Assembly: GCF_000007005.1 (NCBI RefSeq)
Contig: NC_002754.1
Length of the DNA: 64,000 nucleotides
Source of the DNA: Saccharolobus solfataricus P2
GTDB lineage: Archaea > Thermoproteota > Thermoprotei_A > Sulfolobales > Sulfolobaceae
Reading direction: 5' to 3' (one strand)
Under the pieces are notes generated by a model. It worked only from the letters and a program-made list of their open reading frames with translations. It had not been told where the DNA came from and did no database searches. Positions 25,429 to 41,042 of this stretch are shown piece by piece (the stretch's first letter is position 1; the number at the start of each line of letters is the position of its first letter). The translations under genes were made by a program, and so were the position numbers.

Positions 25429-25621
25429 CAATAAAAAATATAAACCAGTAATTAGACTTTGATATGACTCATCATGCAAAATACTGGTACACTGAAAGGG
25501 GAGTCTGAATTTACTCAATTTTTAAGTAAATTTTATCTTATTATTATTTTATTCTTTTCATCTTTCTCAAGCTCATTCTCATCATCATGTTAAACTAGAA
25601 TCACATTCTTGAAAGTTCTGG

Positions 25622-26602
25622 GTGATAAGTATGGAGACTATACAAGGTGTAAACTCTATAGGCAAATTAGATTTCAAAGTATTAATAACTGATCCAGTAG
25701 ATCAATATATGATAAGAACTTTACAAAATAATGGACTAATTGTCGATTATAAGCCCGAAATCACAAGAGAGGAATTACTAAAGATAATAGACCAGTACCA
25801 AGTTTTAATAGTAAGAAGCAGAACTAAGGTAGACAAGGAGATAATCCGTTATGGTGTTAATCTTAAGATTATAGCCAGAGCTGGGATAGGACTAGACAAT
25901 ATAGATACAGAGGAGGCGTCTAAGAGAAATATAAAAATTGTGTATGCGCCCGGGGCTTCTACAGATTCTGCAGCAGAACTTACTATAGGATTACTTATCG
26001 CCGCAGCTAGAAAACTATATGATTCCATGAATATGGCAAAGGGTGGCATATTCAAGAAGATAGAGGGAATTGAATTAGCAGGGAAGACAATAGGTATTGT
26101 TGGATTCGGTAGAATAGGTACCAAAGTAGCTAAGGTATGTAAGGCATTAGATATGAACGTAATTGCATATGACGTTATTAATATAAAGGAAAAGGCGAAT
26201 ATAGTTGGAGTCAGAGTAGCTGAAAGTTTAGAAGAATTACTAAAGAACTCAGATGTGATAACCTTTCATGTTACAGTAGGTAAAGATGCTAAGCCAATCC
26301 TTAACAAAGATACATTTAATTACATTAAAGATAATGCAATCATAATCAACACCAGTAGAGCTGTAGTGATAGATGGGAAAGCATTACTAGAATATATTGA
26401 TAAAAAACACTTAACTTACGCTACAGATGTTTTGTGGAATGAACCACCTAAAGAAGATTGGGAGATTAAATTATTAAGACACGAGAGAGTGATAGTAACT
26501 ACTCACATTGGTGCCCAAACTAAAGAAGCACAGCATAGAGTTGCGGTAGTTACAACAGATAATCTCATTACTGCTTTAAAGGAAATCGGTGTTCTCAAAT
26601 GA
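25622..26602 (+). CDS. serA: D-3-phosphoglycerate dehydrogenase (exact start uncertain)
   Basis: [32 protein letters not shown]. Confidence 0.88.
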   Translation: MISMETIQGVNSIGKLDFKVLITDPVDQYMIRTLQNNGLIVDYKPEITREELLKIIDQYQVLIVRSRTKVDKEIIRYGVNLKIIARAGIGLDNIDTEEASKRNIKIVYAPGASTDSAAELTIGLLIAAARKLYDSMNMAKGGIFKKIEGIELAGKTIGIVGFGRIGTKVAKVCKALDMNVIAYDVINIKEKANIVGVRVAESLEELLKNSDVITFHVTVGKDAKPILNKDTFNYIKDNAIIINTSRAVVIDGKALLEYIDKKHLTYATDVLWNEPPKEDWEIKLLRHERVIVTTHIGAQTKEAQHRVAVVTTDNLITALKEIGVLK

Positions 26603-27720
26603 TGTTAATTCCCGGTCCAGTTAATGTGCCGTATAGTGTTTTACAAGCCTCTCTTAATTTAGTGAATCATAGATCGGAGAAATTTAGAGAAACAGTAAAA
26701 ACATTGGAGTTTTTAATGAATAAACACTTTGGATCTACTCGTGTAGCGCTACTAAGCGGCTCCGGCACTTTAGCAGTAGAGTCTATGGTCTATTCGTTAG
26801 TGAAAAGAGAGGAGAAAGTAATAACATTTCCTTATGGTGAATTTGGACATAGATTAGAAGAATCGCTAATTAGACGTGGAGCAAAAGTAATTAGTTATCA
26901 GAAAAAATTGGGAGAATCCTTCACTGTTGAGGAAATAAAAAAGGCTATTGAGGAAAATAAAGATGCTACCACAGTAGCGTTAGTTCACAATGAAACTAGT
27001 ACTGGTATAGCATTTAGAGACCTTAAAAAGATAGCTGATGTTGTAAAAGGCGTAGGGTTAAAGCTTCTTGTCGATTCAGTATCAGGGTTTGCAGCTTATC
27101 CGCTTTATGTTAATCAATGGAAAATTGATTGTGTAGTAACTGGCAGCCAGAAGGCTTTAGCAAGTATACCCGGGGTCGGATTTGCTGCGTTGTCTGAGGA
27201 GGGTGTGAATGAACTGGTAGAGTCAGATTTACCTAGTTATCTCGATTTATCATTTCACTTGAAGTTTCAGGATAAGGGAGAAACGCCATTTACTCCTACT
27301 GTGGGTGCGTTTTTTGCTTCTCGAAGGGCTGCTGAATTGCTGGATAAGGAAGGAATAGAAAATAGATGGAAGAGACATGAAGCTTGTGCAAGGTATTTAA
27401 GGGAAGTGATGTTGGAGATGGGATTTAAACTGTTAGGAAATGATACTAACTTTTCTAATACGGTAGTTGCGGCGTTTCCTCCTATCCCTCTAGATACATT
27501 TATGTCAGAGTTAAAAAAGAGAAACATAGAGATTTCTAAGGGTATGGGGGAGTTAAGGGATAAAATAGTAAGAATAGGAATTTTAGGTGTAGTTGACGAT
27601 AGGGCAATTAGAAGATTAGTTGGTAGTATGGGTGAAATACTTAAAAAGAATGTTGAATTTGAGGTTCCAAGAGAATGTAAGTTGCCGGAAGAGTTAAAAG
27701 TTGAAGTTTTATGGGATTAG
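26599..27720 (+). CDS. Class V PLP aminotransferase (serine-pyruvate/phosphoserine type)
   Basis: [29 protein letters not shown]. Confidence 0.9.
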   Translation: MMLIPGPVNVPYSVLQASLNLVNHRSEKFRETVKTLEFLMNKHFGSTRVALLSGSGTLAVESMVYSLVKREEKVITFPYGEFGHRLEESLIRRGAKVISYQKKLGESFTVEEIKKAIEENKDATTVALVHNETSTGIAFRDLKKIADVVKGVGLKLLVDSVSGFAAYPLYVNQWKIDCVVTGSQKALASIPGVGFAALSEEGVNELVESDLPSYLDLSFHLKFQDKGETPFTPTVGAFFASRRAAELLDKEGIENRWKRHEACARYLREVMLEMGFKLLGNDTNFSNTVVAAFPPIPLDTFMSELKKRNIEISKGMGELRDKIVRIGILGVVDDRAIRRLVGSMGEILKKNVEFEVPRECKLPEELKVEVLWD

Positions 27721-27998
27721 AGAGGGATGAAATTTTGTCCCAAGATTTACATTTTAATGAAGTTTTTATTTCCTTATGGCAGAATAGACTAACTAGATAC
27801 GAGATTGCCAGAGTAATAAGTGCTAGAGCATTACAATTAGCCATGGGTGCACCAGCATTAATTGATATAAATAACTTAAGTTCGACTGATGTTATAAGTA
27901 TAGCTGAGGAGGAGTTTAGGAGAGGAGTTCTTCCAATAACTATTAGAAGAAGATTACCAAATGGAAAAATAATTTTATTATCTCTTAGAAAGAGTTAA
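27711..27998 (+). CDS. rpoK: RNA polymerase subunit Rpo6/K (alternative start TTG 27735)
   Basis: [22 protein letters not shown]. Confidence 0.96.
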
Positions 27999-28003
27999 AT
28001 AAG

Positions 28004-30010
28004 ATGAATTTATGTAATGTAAACAACTATTACCTTATAATTGCAGAAAAATCAAAAGCTGCTAAAAAAATCGCAGAAGCTCTTTCAGAGAAGCCTATTT
28101 TGTGTAGAAAATATAACGTTAGTTATTGGATAATAAAAGATCACAATAGCAGCAAATATGTTATAGTTCCTGCAGCAGGACATCTTTTTGGGTTAAAAGG
28201 CGAGAGCGGTTTTCCGGTATATGATGCGGACTGGAAACCTCTATGGGAAATTGATAAGAATAGTTACTATACAAAAAGGTACTATCAACTTATCTCATCT
28301 CTTAGCAAGTATGCTTTAGGTTTTATCAATGCTTGTGATTACGATATAGAAGGTTCTGTAATCGGCTATTTAATAATCAAAAATCTAGGCGATATTAAGA
28401 AGGCTAAACGAATGAAATTTTCAGCACTGACTAAAAGTGATATATTATCTGCATTTAGAAACATTTCTGCATTAGATTACGATATGATAAACGCTGGAAT
28501 AGCCAGACATAAAATTGACTGGCTATGGGGAATTAACGTTAGTAGGGCTCTTATGATCTCTCTACAAGATTTCGCAAAGAAAAGAGTGATATTAAGTGCG
28601 GGTAGGGTTCAAAGTCCAACTCTAGTTCAAGTTGTCAACTCGGAAATTGAAAGAAACCTATTTATTCCCCTACCTAAATTTACCGTTTCAATTATCGTGA
28701 AAATTAAAGATTATTCATTAAACATTAAGGTAAATAAGGAATTCGAAAAAATTACCGAAGCAAAGGAATTCTTAAACAAACTAATAAATAAAACAGTAAA
28801 AGTTGTTGAAGTTGAAAATAGGGTTAGGTTATTAGAAAGACCCTCTCCATTTAATCTTACTGATCTCCAAATAGAAGCTGGCAGAATATATGGTATATCC
28901 CCATATAACGTAGAACGTATAGCAGAAGATCTTTATTTGGACGGTCTAATAAGTTACCCAAGAACTAACAGTCAAAAAATTCCATCAACTATCAGCATTT
29001 ATAATATAATCAAAGGCTTAGAGAACAGTTCGTATAGGAAACTAGTTGATTTAGTAAGGAAAATCACTGGGGGGAAATATGTAGTTAAGCAGGGCATTAA
29101 GGATGATCCTGCACACCCCGCAATCCACCCTACTGGTGAAGCTCCCAAAAACTTACCTAATAGCAAATTCAAGATATATGACTTAATAGCAAGAAGATTT
29201 TTGGGGTCAGTATCTGCTGATGCTAAATTATCTAATACTATTTACACCTTGAAAGTTAGTGATTTCCCATTAGAGTTTACGGTCTCATATACAAAAATAC
29301 TAGAAAGAAATTGGCTAGATATATATCACTTTCATAATGTAAAAGAAGATAAACCAATATTTCTCTCAAAAGGTGATGAGGGTAAAATAGTAGATGGAAA
29401 AGTAAATATTAGTTTAAGCAAGCCCACTTCTAGGTATACAAAGGTTTCATTACTCAAATGGATGGAGTCTTCTAATTTGGGTACAGAAGCCACTAGAGGA
29501 AGAATAATCGAGATCTTAGTAAAGAGAAAATATTTAACTAACAATGGGCGATACATAATTCCTACAAAATTGGGATTCTATATTGCTGAAATATTAAACA
29601 AATTTTTCCCAGATATAGTTGATGTTAGGATGACTGCAGATATGGAAAGTAAATTAGAAATGATAAAGACTGGCAAAGTTTTGGAAAGCAAAGTGATTAA
29701 AGAAAACATAGAAAAATTAAATAAATTCATAGAGGAATACAAGGTAAATAAGGATAAAGTAGGAGAGTCATTAGCTAAAGCGTTAGGTCTTATAAAAATT
29801 GTTAAGTGTAAGTATTGTGATCTGGAGCAGTATAAGGATGGATTATGTAAATATCACTATGAAGCCAAAGTAAGGCTTTTAGATGCTGTGGAAATTTGGA
29901 AAGAAAGGACAAAATATGATCATAAAAAGATTTTAAAGAGAATTAGTAGTAGTAAATCAACGGGTAAATACGTAAAAGATATAGTAACTTATATGCTAAG
30001 CAGTGAATGA
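28004..30010 (+). CDS. topA: Type IA DNA topoisomerase
   Basis: [34 protein letters not shown] catalytic Tyr, GTEATR. Confidence 0.96.
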
Positions 30011-30061
30011 TGAAAGTCATGCCAATCCGAAAAGATGAGGTAAACTCTGGGGTAACTGAGT
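30005..30061 (+). ncRNA. Candidate box C/D sRNA at the topA 3' end
   Basis: C ATGATGA 30007-13 (contains the topA stop), D' CCGA 30027-30, C' GATGAGG 30034-40, D CTGA 30056-59. Confidence 0.8.
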
Positions 30062-30063
30062 TT

Positions 30064-31182
30064 CTATAATGCCTTAAATTTCTCTGTCCAAGCCTCATAA
30101 GCTTTTATTAATTCTGGATTAACGCTTGGCATTCTTACTTTTAATATATCCTTAAAGTCTTGGAGCGTAATTGTTCTTGGTTCACCTAAATTATTCTTAA
30201 ACATTTCTTTAACGACTTTTATATGTGCAGCCTGAACTATATCCCTAATATCACTGGCGGTATATCCTTCAGTTAATTTAGCCAACTCTTCAAGGCTTAC
30301 TTCAGTATCTAATTTAATCTTCGAGGTATAATATTTGAATAATGATAGTCTTTGTTCGTAATCTGGTAATGGTACATATATTCTCTTCTGGAATCTTCTT
30401 AAGAAGGCTTCGTCTAACCTCCAAGGCTTATTCGTGGCACCTATAACATATACTTTATAGTTTTCAGATTTGTCCAAAAGTCCATCCATTTCCTTTAGAA
30501 ATTGGTTTCTTACTCTTGCTTCTCCTCCTACCTCCGTAGAGTAAACTCCTAGCAATGCGTCTAACTCATCTATAAATATTATTGCGGGCTTGTTTTGCTT
30601 TTTAGATTCTTCCCTAGCCATTTTGAATACGTTTGCTACATTCTTCTCTGCTTCTCCTAACCACTTTGACATCACTGAGGCAGCATCTAATTGCATGAAA
30701 ATTGAGTCTATCTCGTTTGCTACAGCTGCAGCTATCATAGTTTTACCACAACCGGGAGGACCATACAATAAGATTCCTCTTGGCCAGCCTAATGGGAATA
30801 GGTCTGGTCTCTTAGTTGGATATATTATTGCTTCTCTTAATGCCTCTTTTACATCATCTAAACCCACTATGTCCTTAAATGAGACCTTTGGCTTCTCTGT
30901 AATTACTACTTCCTCTGGCGGACTTGTATTGTCTCCACTACCATCACTAGATGCTGGCAAGACCTTTTCCAAGTAACTTATTCTTTTCTTATATTCATTA
31001 ATCATCTGCTCATACGCAGTTCTTGCCACTGATTCTGGATAGAGGACTATGATTTGACTTAAAACTTCTATAGCCTTCTTATAATACGTTATTGCATCCT
31101 CTACCTTACCCTCCTTATCAGCCTTTACTGCAAGAATAGCATATTTTCTAGCCATATCTTCTAACATTACTTGTGCACTCAT
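30064..31182 (-). CDS. cdvC: Vps4-like AAA ATPase CdvC
   Basis: N-terminal MIT domain, [23 protein letters not shown]. Confidence 0.96.
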   Translation of the reverse strand: MSAQVMLEDMARKYAILAVKADKEGKVEDAITYYKKAIEVLSQIIVLYPESVARTAYEQMINEYKKRISYLEKVLPASSDGSGDNTSPPEEVVITEKPKVSFKDIVGLDDVKEALREAIIYPTKRPDLFPLGWPRGILLYGPPGCGKTMIAAAVANEIDSIFMQLDAASVMSKWLGEAEKNVANVFKMAREESKKQNKPAIIFIDELDALLGVYSTEVGGEARVRNQFLKEMDGLLDKSENYKVYVIGATNKPWRLDEAFLRRFQKRIYVPLPDYEQRLSLFKYYTSKIKLDTEVSLEELAKLTEGYTASDIRDIVQAAHIKVVKEMFKNNLGEPRTITLQDFKDILKVRMPSVNPELIKAYEAWTEKFKAL

Positions 31183-31197
31183 CTATGTACCCTCTTA

Positions 31198-31983
<786 letters not shown>

Positions 31984-31995
31984 TCACTAATTTAG

Positions 31996-32823
<828 letters not shown>

Positions 32824-32889
32824 CAGGAAATATTATGTGACCAAGCTTAAAAAGCATAGTGAACATTAATTAATATTTCGAGTAGAGTT

Positions 32890-33141
32890 ATGTCAATTCA
32901 AGCTCTTAGTAATGTATCTTCGCAGTTTTCTCATCTACTGAGCAACATAAACATAGAACCAATAAGCTATATATTAGTTATTATAGGCTTTGCTCTTTTG
33001 TTAATTATTATAATAGGTAGTGTAATTTACGGCTTAACGAAGGCAGCTAGAGCTGTTCCATCAATGTCAACGAAGGAGTTCATATTGTTCTTACTGGGGA
33101 TAGCAATTTTCCTCGTGATCTTAGGCATATTATTACCTTAA
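32890..33141 (+). CDS. Small membrane protein with two TM segments, divergent from cdvA
   Basis: Two long hydrophobic stretches in 83 aa. Confidence 0.75.
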   Translation: MSIQALSNVSSQFSHLLSNINIEPISYILVIIGFALLLIIIIGSVIYGLTKAARAVPSMSTKEFILFLLGIAIFLVILGILLP

Positions 33142-34397
33142 AGATAAAAATATTTTCCTTCGTATTCTAATCCAAATTTATTTTCTATTTCTAATAGCTT
33201 ATTATATTTGCTAGTTCTCTCTCCTCTCGCCGGTGCACCAACCTTTATGAAATCTGACTCAATTCCCACCGCAAAGTCTGCTATGAAATTGTCCTCAGTC
33301 TCTCCACTTCTATGACTTGTTATTAACTTCATTGAGTTTCTCCTAGCCAAATTAGTAAATTCAAACGTCTCAGATATTGTACCGACTTGATTAGGCTTAA
33401 CTATAACACCCTTAGTCGATCTCTTTTCTATACCTATTTTTAGATATTTTATATTTGTAGTATATAGGTCATCTCCAGTAATTATTGTTGAACTCAGCTT
33501 ATTTTGTAGTTGGCTAAACATATCAAAAGAGTTCTCTTCAAACGGATCTTCCAAGTACACTATGGGATATTGTTTAACTAAGTCAAGATAAAATTCAAGT
33601 AATTGATTAGGATCCAATTCTCTACCATCAATTATATATTTCTCTTTTTTACTATCGTAGAAATCGCTCCCTGCAGCATCCATTCCCATATATATTTTTC
33701 CTTCATAACCTGCATTATTTATGGAAGTATATATTAGATCCAAGGCCTCTCTAGTATCTTCTAAAGGTGGAGAGAATCCCCCTTCATCTCCAACTGCTGT
33801 GTAAATTTTACCATACCTCTCCGTTATTAACCCTTTTAGGGTTCTATAAACGTCTATCGCAGCGAAAAGAGCTTCTTTAAAAGTATTGAACTTAATTGGC
33901 ACTATAATGAATTCTTGTATTTTTAGCTTATTTCCAGCATGTAAACCGCCATTTATTATATTAAGTAAAGGTATTGGGATTTTAGGTAATCTAGGCCCAG
34001 ATATGTATTTAAAAACCTCTAGACCTAAGGCCTTAGAAGCAGTCTTTAATGCAGCTATTGATGTTGCAATTATTGTGTTTCCTCCTAATTTAGACTTATT
34101 CTCAGTGGAGTCTATATCTTTTAGTAATTTGTCGATTATCCCTTGTTCTCTTACATCAATTCCATGTAATGCAGGATCTATTATGTAATTTACAATGTCT
34201 ACTGCCCTCTTTACTGTAAGCCCATTTTCATCCCTAACTTCTACCGCCTCTCTTGTCCCTTTAGAAGCCCCTGCTGGTGCGTCTCCAAAGGATTCGACAC
34301 CATCACTAGTTCTTATGAAAACTCTTATAGTGGGATTACCTCTAGAATCTACGATTTCTAATCCCTTAACCTTCTCTATGGAAAAACGGTTAATCAT
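33138..34397 (-). CDS. eno: Enolase
   Basis: [36 protein letters not shown]. Confidence 0.98.
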
Positions 34398-34427
34398 ATT
34401 TACTGTTGATGAACTACCAATAATTAA

Positions 34428-34736
34428 ATGTTAGCCCCTAGTATGGCCTCAATAGTATTTTTAGCATATGGTTTACTTTCTCCTATTTACTCTAGATTTT
34501 TCAAAGATAAGATAAGTAATGAAAGGCTATTTCTAGTTGCATGGTCTTTGGCTCCTCATCTGGTGGGTTTAATATACTCACCTTCTTTTTTTATTGCACT
34601 ATTAGTCTTGATATCTTTATGCGTTACTTTATTTATTGTTTATAAAGGGAAGTTTAGAATTATATACTCAGGAATTATATTCTTATTTATGGCAGTAATT
34701 ATACAGATATTTATTAATCCTTTAACGAGATTATAG
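34428..34736 (+). CDS. Hypothetical membrane protein
   Basis: About four hydrophobic segments; first gene of a likely operon with the Cren7-like gene and signal peptidase. Confidence 0.7.
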   Translation: MLAPSMASIVFLAYGLLSPIYSRFFKDKISNERLFLVAWSLAPHLVGLIYSPSFFIALLVLISLCVTLFIVYKGKFRIIYSGIIFLFMAVIIQIFINPLTRL

Positions 34737-34741
34737 AACTG

Positions 34742-35071
34742 ATGCCAAAAAAGAAACAAATTGATCCATACGTTTGTCCAAATTGTGGGACAAAGGCAGA
34801 GAAAGCACAGAAAACATGGCAGCTAGTTTCACCTCTTCCAGATTCTTACGGCAGAATTACAATAACAGTTATGGGTTCTTTTGTTTGTCCGAATTGCGGT
34901 CATAAATGGAAATCTGTGGTATCTAAGATAAAGGCGGGAGGTTCCTCGGTAGAGATTGAAGGTAAGAAGGGCGTTAAGAAAATAGAATCTAAGGACTCTG
35001 AGGAAAAAGCTAATGAAGGGGAGGTTATAGAATTAGACTTAAGTGATTTAGATGAAGATGAAGAAGAGTGA
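34742..35071 (+). CDS. Zn-ribbon/Cren7-like protein with an acidic C-terminal tail
   Basis: CPNCG twice; KTWQLVSP...GSFVCPNCGHKW resembles the Cren7 KVWALAP...GLFKDPETGKYF pattern; tail DLSDLDEDEEE. Confidence 0.7.
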   Translation: MPKKKQIDPYVCPNCGTKAEKAQKTWQLVSPLPDSYGRITITVMGSFVCPNCGHKWKSVVSKIKAGGSSVEIEGKKGVKKIESKDSEEKANEGEVIELDLSDLDEDEEE

Positions 35072-35469
35072 TATAATCATTATCTTATTTATTGCATTAA
35101 TTTACATTCTAATGTTTTCTAACATTGTGCAAAGTGCGAGTGTAGAAGGAGTTTCAATGTATCCAATATTTCAAAACGGTGCGCTGACTTTTTACGTTAA
35201 GCCAATATCCATTAATGAAGGTAACGTGATAATATATAAATCTCCGTATTTCAACAATTACGTAATTCATAGAGTTATAGCTACAGATAACGGTTATTAC
35301 ATTACTCAAGGAGTAGATAAAATAACTAACCCAATACCAGATAATAGGATCGGACTAGAGCCAGCTAGTGGGATCCCAAAAAATTTAGTTGTGGGGAAGA
35401 TAGTAGAGTTTGGTAACTTTACATTTTCAATACCTTATCTTGGTTACATATCTATACTTTTCTCATCTA

Positions 35470-35477
<8 letters not shown>
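35052..35477 (+). CDS. Signal peptidase I (Sec11/S26 type)
   Basis: N-terminal TM, GVSMYP catalytic Ser, IHRV, TQGVD..NP. Confidence 0.9.
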
Positions 35478-36979
<1,502 letters not shown>

Positions 36980-36996
<17 letters not shown>

Positions 36997-38347
36997 TTTT
37001 TATCGCCTCTTGTATCGTTGATACTAATAGATCTATTGACTTTTTATCATGAACCTCTGTTACACAAAAGAGAGATGTATGAATAGACAATTTTAATCCA
37101 CCTTGTAGTTTTCTTTCTTTCAATTTGTCATTTATTATATTATATTCTATAGGGAATTTAATTACAAATTCTTCGAAAAAGTCTGAAGTAAATGGCATAA
37201 TTACGTTATCTATTTCAGTTAGCCTTTTAGCAGCATAGTGACTTCTGAAGTAAATCTCCTCTGCAAGTTCTCTTATTCCCTCTTTTCCTAATAAGCTTAA
37301 ATAGACAGCATTAGCTAACGCTAACAAGGCTTCATTTGTAGTTATATTAGAGGTTGCCTTTTCCCTCTTGATGAATTGTTCTCTAGTTTGAAGAATCAGC
37401 GTAAATCCCATATTGTTATTTACGTCTCTTGTAATTCCCACTATCCTACCTGGCATTTGCCTTACCAATCCCATATCCCATCTTACTGCAAATATCCCCA
37501 TTAAAGGTCCTCCAAAATTTAACGGAAGTCCTAGTTCTTGACCATCACCTACAACTATGTCAGCTTCATAGCTTCCCGGTGGTTTTATTAGACCAAGTGA
37601 AAGCGGATTAACTCCAATAATACTTAAAGCTTTTTTATGCTTAGCAACGTCAATAATATGTTCAATGTTACTTTCAAAAATCCCAAAGAAATTTGGTTGT
37701 TGTACATATATTGCAGATACATCATTACTACTAGATTTCTTCTCCAGATCCTCTATATCAACTTCGCCGGAATTCTTATCATACTTAACTTCCTCTATTT
37801 TTATTCCCTTTCCTTGTATCCATGTTCTCATTACTTCTTTATGAAATGGGTTAGCATTTTCAGGTACTAGGACAGTCTTTTTTCCATTTATTCTATTAGC
37901 CATTAATACGGCCTCAGCTAGTGCAGAACCCCAATCATACATTGAAGCGTTGACTACATCCATCTCTAGTAGTTCAGCCATTAAACTTTGATATTCAAAC
38001 AATGCTTGTAATATGCCTTGAGAAATTTCTGGCTGATACGGAGTATAGGATGTATAAAATTCTGATCTGCCTATGATAAATTTTACGGCATTAGGGATGT
38101 AATGGGGGCAAATACCAGCCCCAATGAAAGGTGGTGCTTCAAGTTCTACGTTCTTCTTCACTTTTTCATAAATTTCTTTTTCAATTTCATATTCTGATAG
38201 TGGTTTGTCTTTTGCTACTTTTAATAATCTATTTATTTTGATTTCAGCCGGTATATCATTGAATAAGTCGTCAAGGGAGTTTACTCCTATCTCTTTCAAC
38301 ATCTCATCTGTTAGGTCTAGGTTTGGAAGCCAAGGATGCTTATACAT
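36980..38347 (-). CDS. gcvPA: Glycine dehydrogenase subunit 1
   Basis: YTSYTPYQPEISQG, NASMYD, FGGP, REKATSNI. Confidence 0.96.
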
Positions 38348-38381
38348 AAGCCTTAATACAACTTTAATGCATTTTTAATAT

Positions 38382-39422
38382 ATGTTTGTTTCACCTTTTC
38401 ATGACGTTGAGGAAAAGTTGGGAGCAAATTTTGGAGAGTTTGCTGGTTGGGAAATGCCAATGAGCTTCACCAGTTATGCAGAAGAGCATATGTGTGTGAG
38501 AAATTCAGTAGCGTTTTTTAACTTATCTCATATGGGCAGACTAAGGGTTAAAGGCAATCCAAGGGAGTTTGAGATGTTAGTAGCTAAGGAAGTTAATAAG
38601 GCGAATTCTGGAATTATGATAGGACCTACTGCATTTTTGAATGATAAAGCTGGTTTTAAAGATGATGTCATGGTTTATAAAGTATCTGAGAATGAATGGT
38701 TAATTGTAACAAATGCAATAAATAGAGAAAAAATTGTAAATTGGATAAAATCAAATTCAAATTTGGATGTGGAAGATCTAACATTCAAATATGGTATGAT
38801 TGCCATACAAGGTAGGAAATTAGAGGAGATTTTGGGTAAAAATGAATTAAAGCAATTAGAATTTAAGCTTAATACTAGATTTATGGGATATGACGTTTTT
38901 TTAATAAGTAGATCTGGCTGGACAGGCGAAAATGGGTTAGAAGTTTGGGTTACATTAGATGTTGGTAGACAACTAATGATGGATTTAGTGAAAATCGGAA
39001 TAAAGCCTGCCGGTTTGATTGCAAGAGATAGTTTAAGGCAAGAGATGGGCTTTGTCCTTTACGGGGAGGATATTGATGAGACCATTACTCCAGTTGAGGC
39101 CAGATATTGGGTTTTCTCGTTAGAAAAGGATTTTATAGGAAAGGATAGTTTAGTTGAACGTATAAGGAGTGGTATTGATAAAGTTAGGATAGGCTTTAAG
39201 ATGAGAAAAGGTGAGAGAACTATACCTAGGCATCAATCTAAAATATACTCAATTGGAAATGAAGTAGGTTATGTGACGAGTAGTACTTTTTCCCCTTACT
39301 TAAATAGAGTTATAGGTATGGGTTATGTAAACCCCAAGTACTTCTACCTCGGCTATAGTTTAACTGGCGAAATTAGGGGTAAACAGTATGATATAAAAAT
39401 CGATGAGTTTCCATTTATCTAG
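38382..39422 (+). CDS. gcvT: Glycine cleavage aminomethyltransferase T
   Basis: [29 protein letters not shown]. Confidence 0.95.
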   Translation: MFVSPFHDVEEKLGANFGEFAGWEMPMSFTSYAEEHMCVRNSVAFFNLSHMGRLRVKGNPREFEMLVAKEVNKANSGIMIGPTAFLNDKAGFKDDVMVYKVSENEWLIVTNAINREKIVNWIKSNSNLDVEDLTFKYGMIAIQGRKLEEILGKNELKQLEFKLNTRFMGYDVFLISRSGWTGENGLEVWVTLDVGRQLMMDLVKIGIKPAGLIARDSLRQEMGFVLYGEDIDETITPVEARYWVFSLEKDFIGKDSLVERIRSGIDKVRIGFKMRKGERTIPRHQSKIYSIGNEVGYVTSSTFSPYLNRVIGMGYVNPKYFYLGYSLTGEIRGKQYDIKIDEFPFI

Positions 39423-39433
39423 GTGAATATTAT

Positions 39434-39847
39434 ATGAATGAAATGAAAGTAGGTAGATACGTAGTTCTGACAGATAGATTATACACAGAGACTGACGAAT
39501 GGGTGGTGCTTTCTAATGATAACGTGGCAGTAATTGGAATAACTGATTACGCACAAAAGAAGTTAAGAGATATAGTAGGAATTGAATTACCTCAACTGCA
39601 GAAGGAAGTGAAAGCTGGAGAATCTGTAGGAGTTATAGAATCTGTTAAAGCTGCTGCAGATATTTTCTCTCCATTAAGTGGGATAATAGTTGAGGTAAAC
39701 AATAAATTACTTGAGCATCCAGAGATAATAAATAAGGATCCGTATGGTGAAGGCTGGATTTTCAAGTTAAAGGCGTCTAAGTTATCTGAAGAAAAAGAAA
39801 AACTACTTAGCCCGGAAAAGTATATTGAAAAAATAAAGGGTGGGTAG
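39434..39847 (+). CDS. gcvH: Glycine cleavage H protein
   Basis: GITDYAQ, ESVKAA lipoyl Lys, DPYGEGW. Confidence 0.96.
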   Translation: MNEMKVGRYVVLTDRLYTETDEWVVLSNDNVAVIGITDYAQKKLRDIVGIELPQLQKEVKAGESVGVIESVKAAADIFSPLSGIIVEVNNKLLEHPEIINKDPYGEGWIFKLKASKLSEEKEKLLSPEKYIEKIKGG

Positions 39848-40595
39848 ATTGAGCGAGGTATTTGAAGTTAGGGAAAGATATGTTCCCCAGATAGGTAGAC
39901 CCTCATATTTATTAGTGAGCTTACCAGATGCCGGATTAGTAGGTAGTATATCTGGAGAATTTCTGATTAATTACTTAAATTTGAGAGAGTATGGAGAAAT
40001 TTATTCAAATAAACATTTGCCTCCCATTTCTCATGTAGTTAACGGAGTAGCTAAGTCACCTATACGTTTATATCACTATGATAATTTCCTTTTACTTCAC
40101 TCTTGGATCGCAATTCCAGCAAATAGTATAAACCATTTAGCAAATTTAGTTGTTAGTTATGCCGAAAAATATGGCATACAGACAATAATATCTATAACTG
40201 GAGTTCCAGTGCCTAATAGATTAGATCTGGAAAAACCAACTCCCTATTGGGTGGCAAGTTCTGAGGATTTTGCTAAAGAATTAGATAGTTTGAATTTAAT
40301 GAAGAAATTTGTAGAGGGTTACGTAAGCGGACCATATGCTCCTATTTTGTTCCAATCCGCTAAAAAACTAATTAGAAACTTGCTTATAGTAGTTGAATCA
40401 TTCCTAGACTTACCTGATCCGGAAGCCGCTGCAGTAGCCTTAGACATATTATCTAAGATGTTAGGATTTAAAGTGGACACTTCCTCCTTACTTAAAGAAG
40501 CCGAGGAAATTAGGGAGAGAATAAAAGGTTTAATGCAACAGACAAGGCAAGAACTACCAAACTATTCTGGATTGCGTCCATCTACATATGCGTGA
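39840..40595 (+). CDS. PAC2-family proteasome assembly chaperone-like protein
   Basis: [22 protein letters not shown]-terminal Tyr (TYA). Confidence 0.85.
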   Translation: MGRLSEVFEVRERYVPQIGRPSYLLVSLPDAGLVGSISGEFLINYLNLREYGEIYSNKHLPPISHVVNGVAKSPIRLYHYDNFLLLHSWIAIPANSINHLANLVVSYAEKYGIQTIISITGVPVPNRLDLEKPTPYWVASSEDFAKELDSLNLMKKFVEGYVSGPYAPILFQSAKKLIRNLLIVVESFLDLPDPEAAAVALDILSKMLGFKVDTSSLLKEAEEIRERIKGLMQQTRQELPNYSGLRPSTYA

Positions 40596-40601
40596 CCTCC
40601 A

Positions 40602-40970
40602 ATGCCAGCATACAAAGACTTATATGACATGGTAAAGTCGATGATAGAAAAGGAAATAAATAGAATGGAGAAAGAGTTTCGGAGGATAGAGAGTGAAATT
40701 AAAGAGGAAATTGAAAAATATAATGTTCCCTTGTATACTTTTTATGAATCTGAGGATTTCTATTACTACTTGATCGATGTTCCTAATGTAGATACATCTA
40801 CATTATATGTGAAAGTGAAAAACGACAGTCTGAGAATCAGTTGTAAAGATAAGAGTAATAAGGAATATGTTCTAAATATAAAGGTACCAGAAGACGCTGA
40901 TATTGATAGTTTATCTGTTACAAGAGTAAAATGGTTAGTTAAAATAACTGTAAAACGAAGAAAAGATTAA
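40602..40970 (+). CDS. Small Hsp20/alpha-crystallin-like protein
   Basis: N-terminal helix followed by a YLIDVPNVD...LRISC...IKVPEDAD beta-sandwich pattern. Confidence 0.65.
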   Translation: MPAYKDLYDMVKSMIEKEINRMEKEFRRIESEIKEEIEKYNVPLYTFYESEDFYYYLIDVPNVDTSTLYVKVKNDSLRISCKDKSNKEYVLNIKVPEDADIDSLSVTRVKWLVKITVKRRKD

Positions 40971-41042
40971 GTATTAGCTTTTCTAAGAGTTTGAAAGACT
41001 TTTATAAACACTGTTTAAGAAAATAATATAGAGGGACTATTT

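Noticed and set aside
25545-25590. ATGATGA on the minus strand suggesting a C/D sRNA upstream of serA
   Set aside because: No D box (CTGA) at a suitable distance; the would-be guides are low-complexity A-rich sequence
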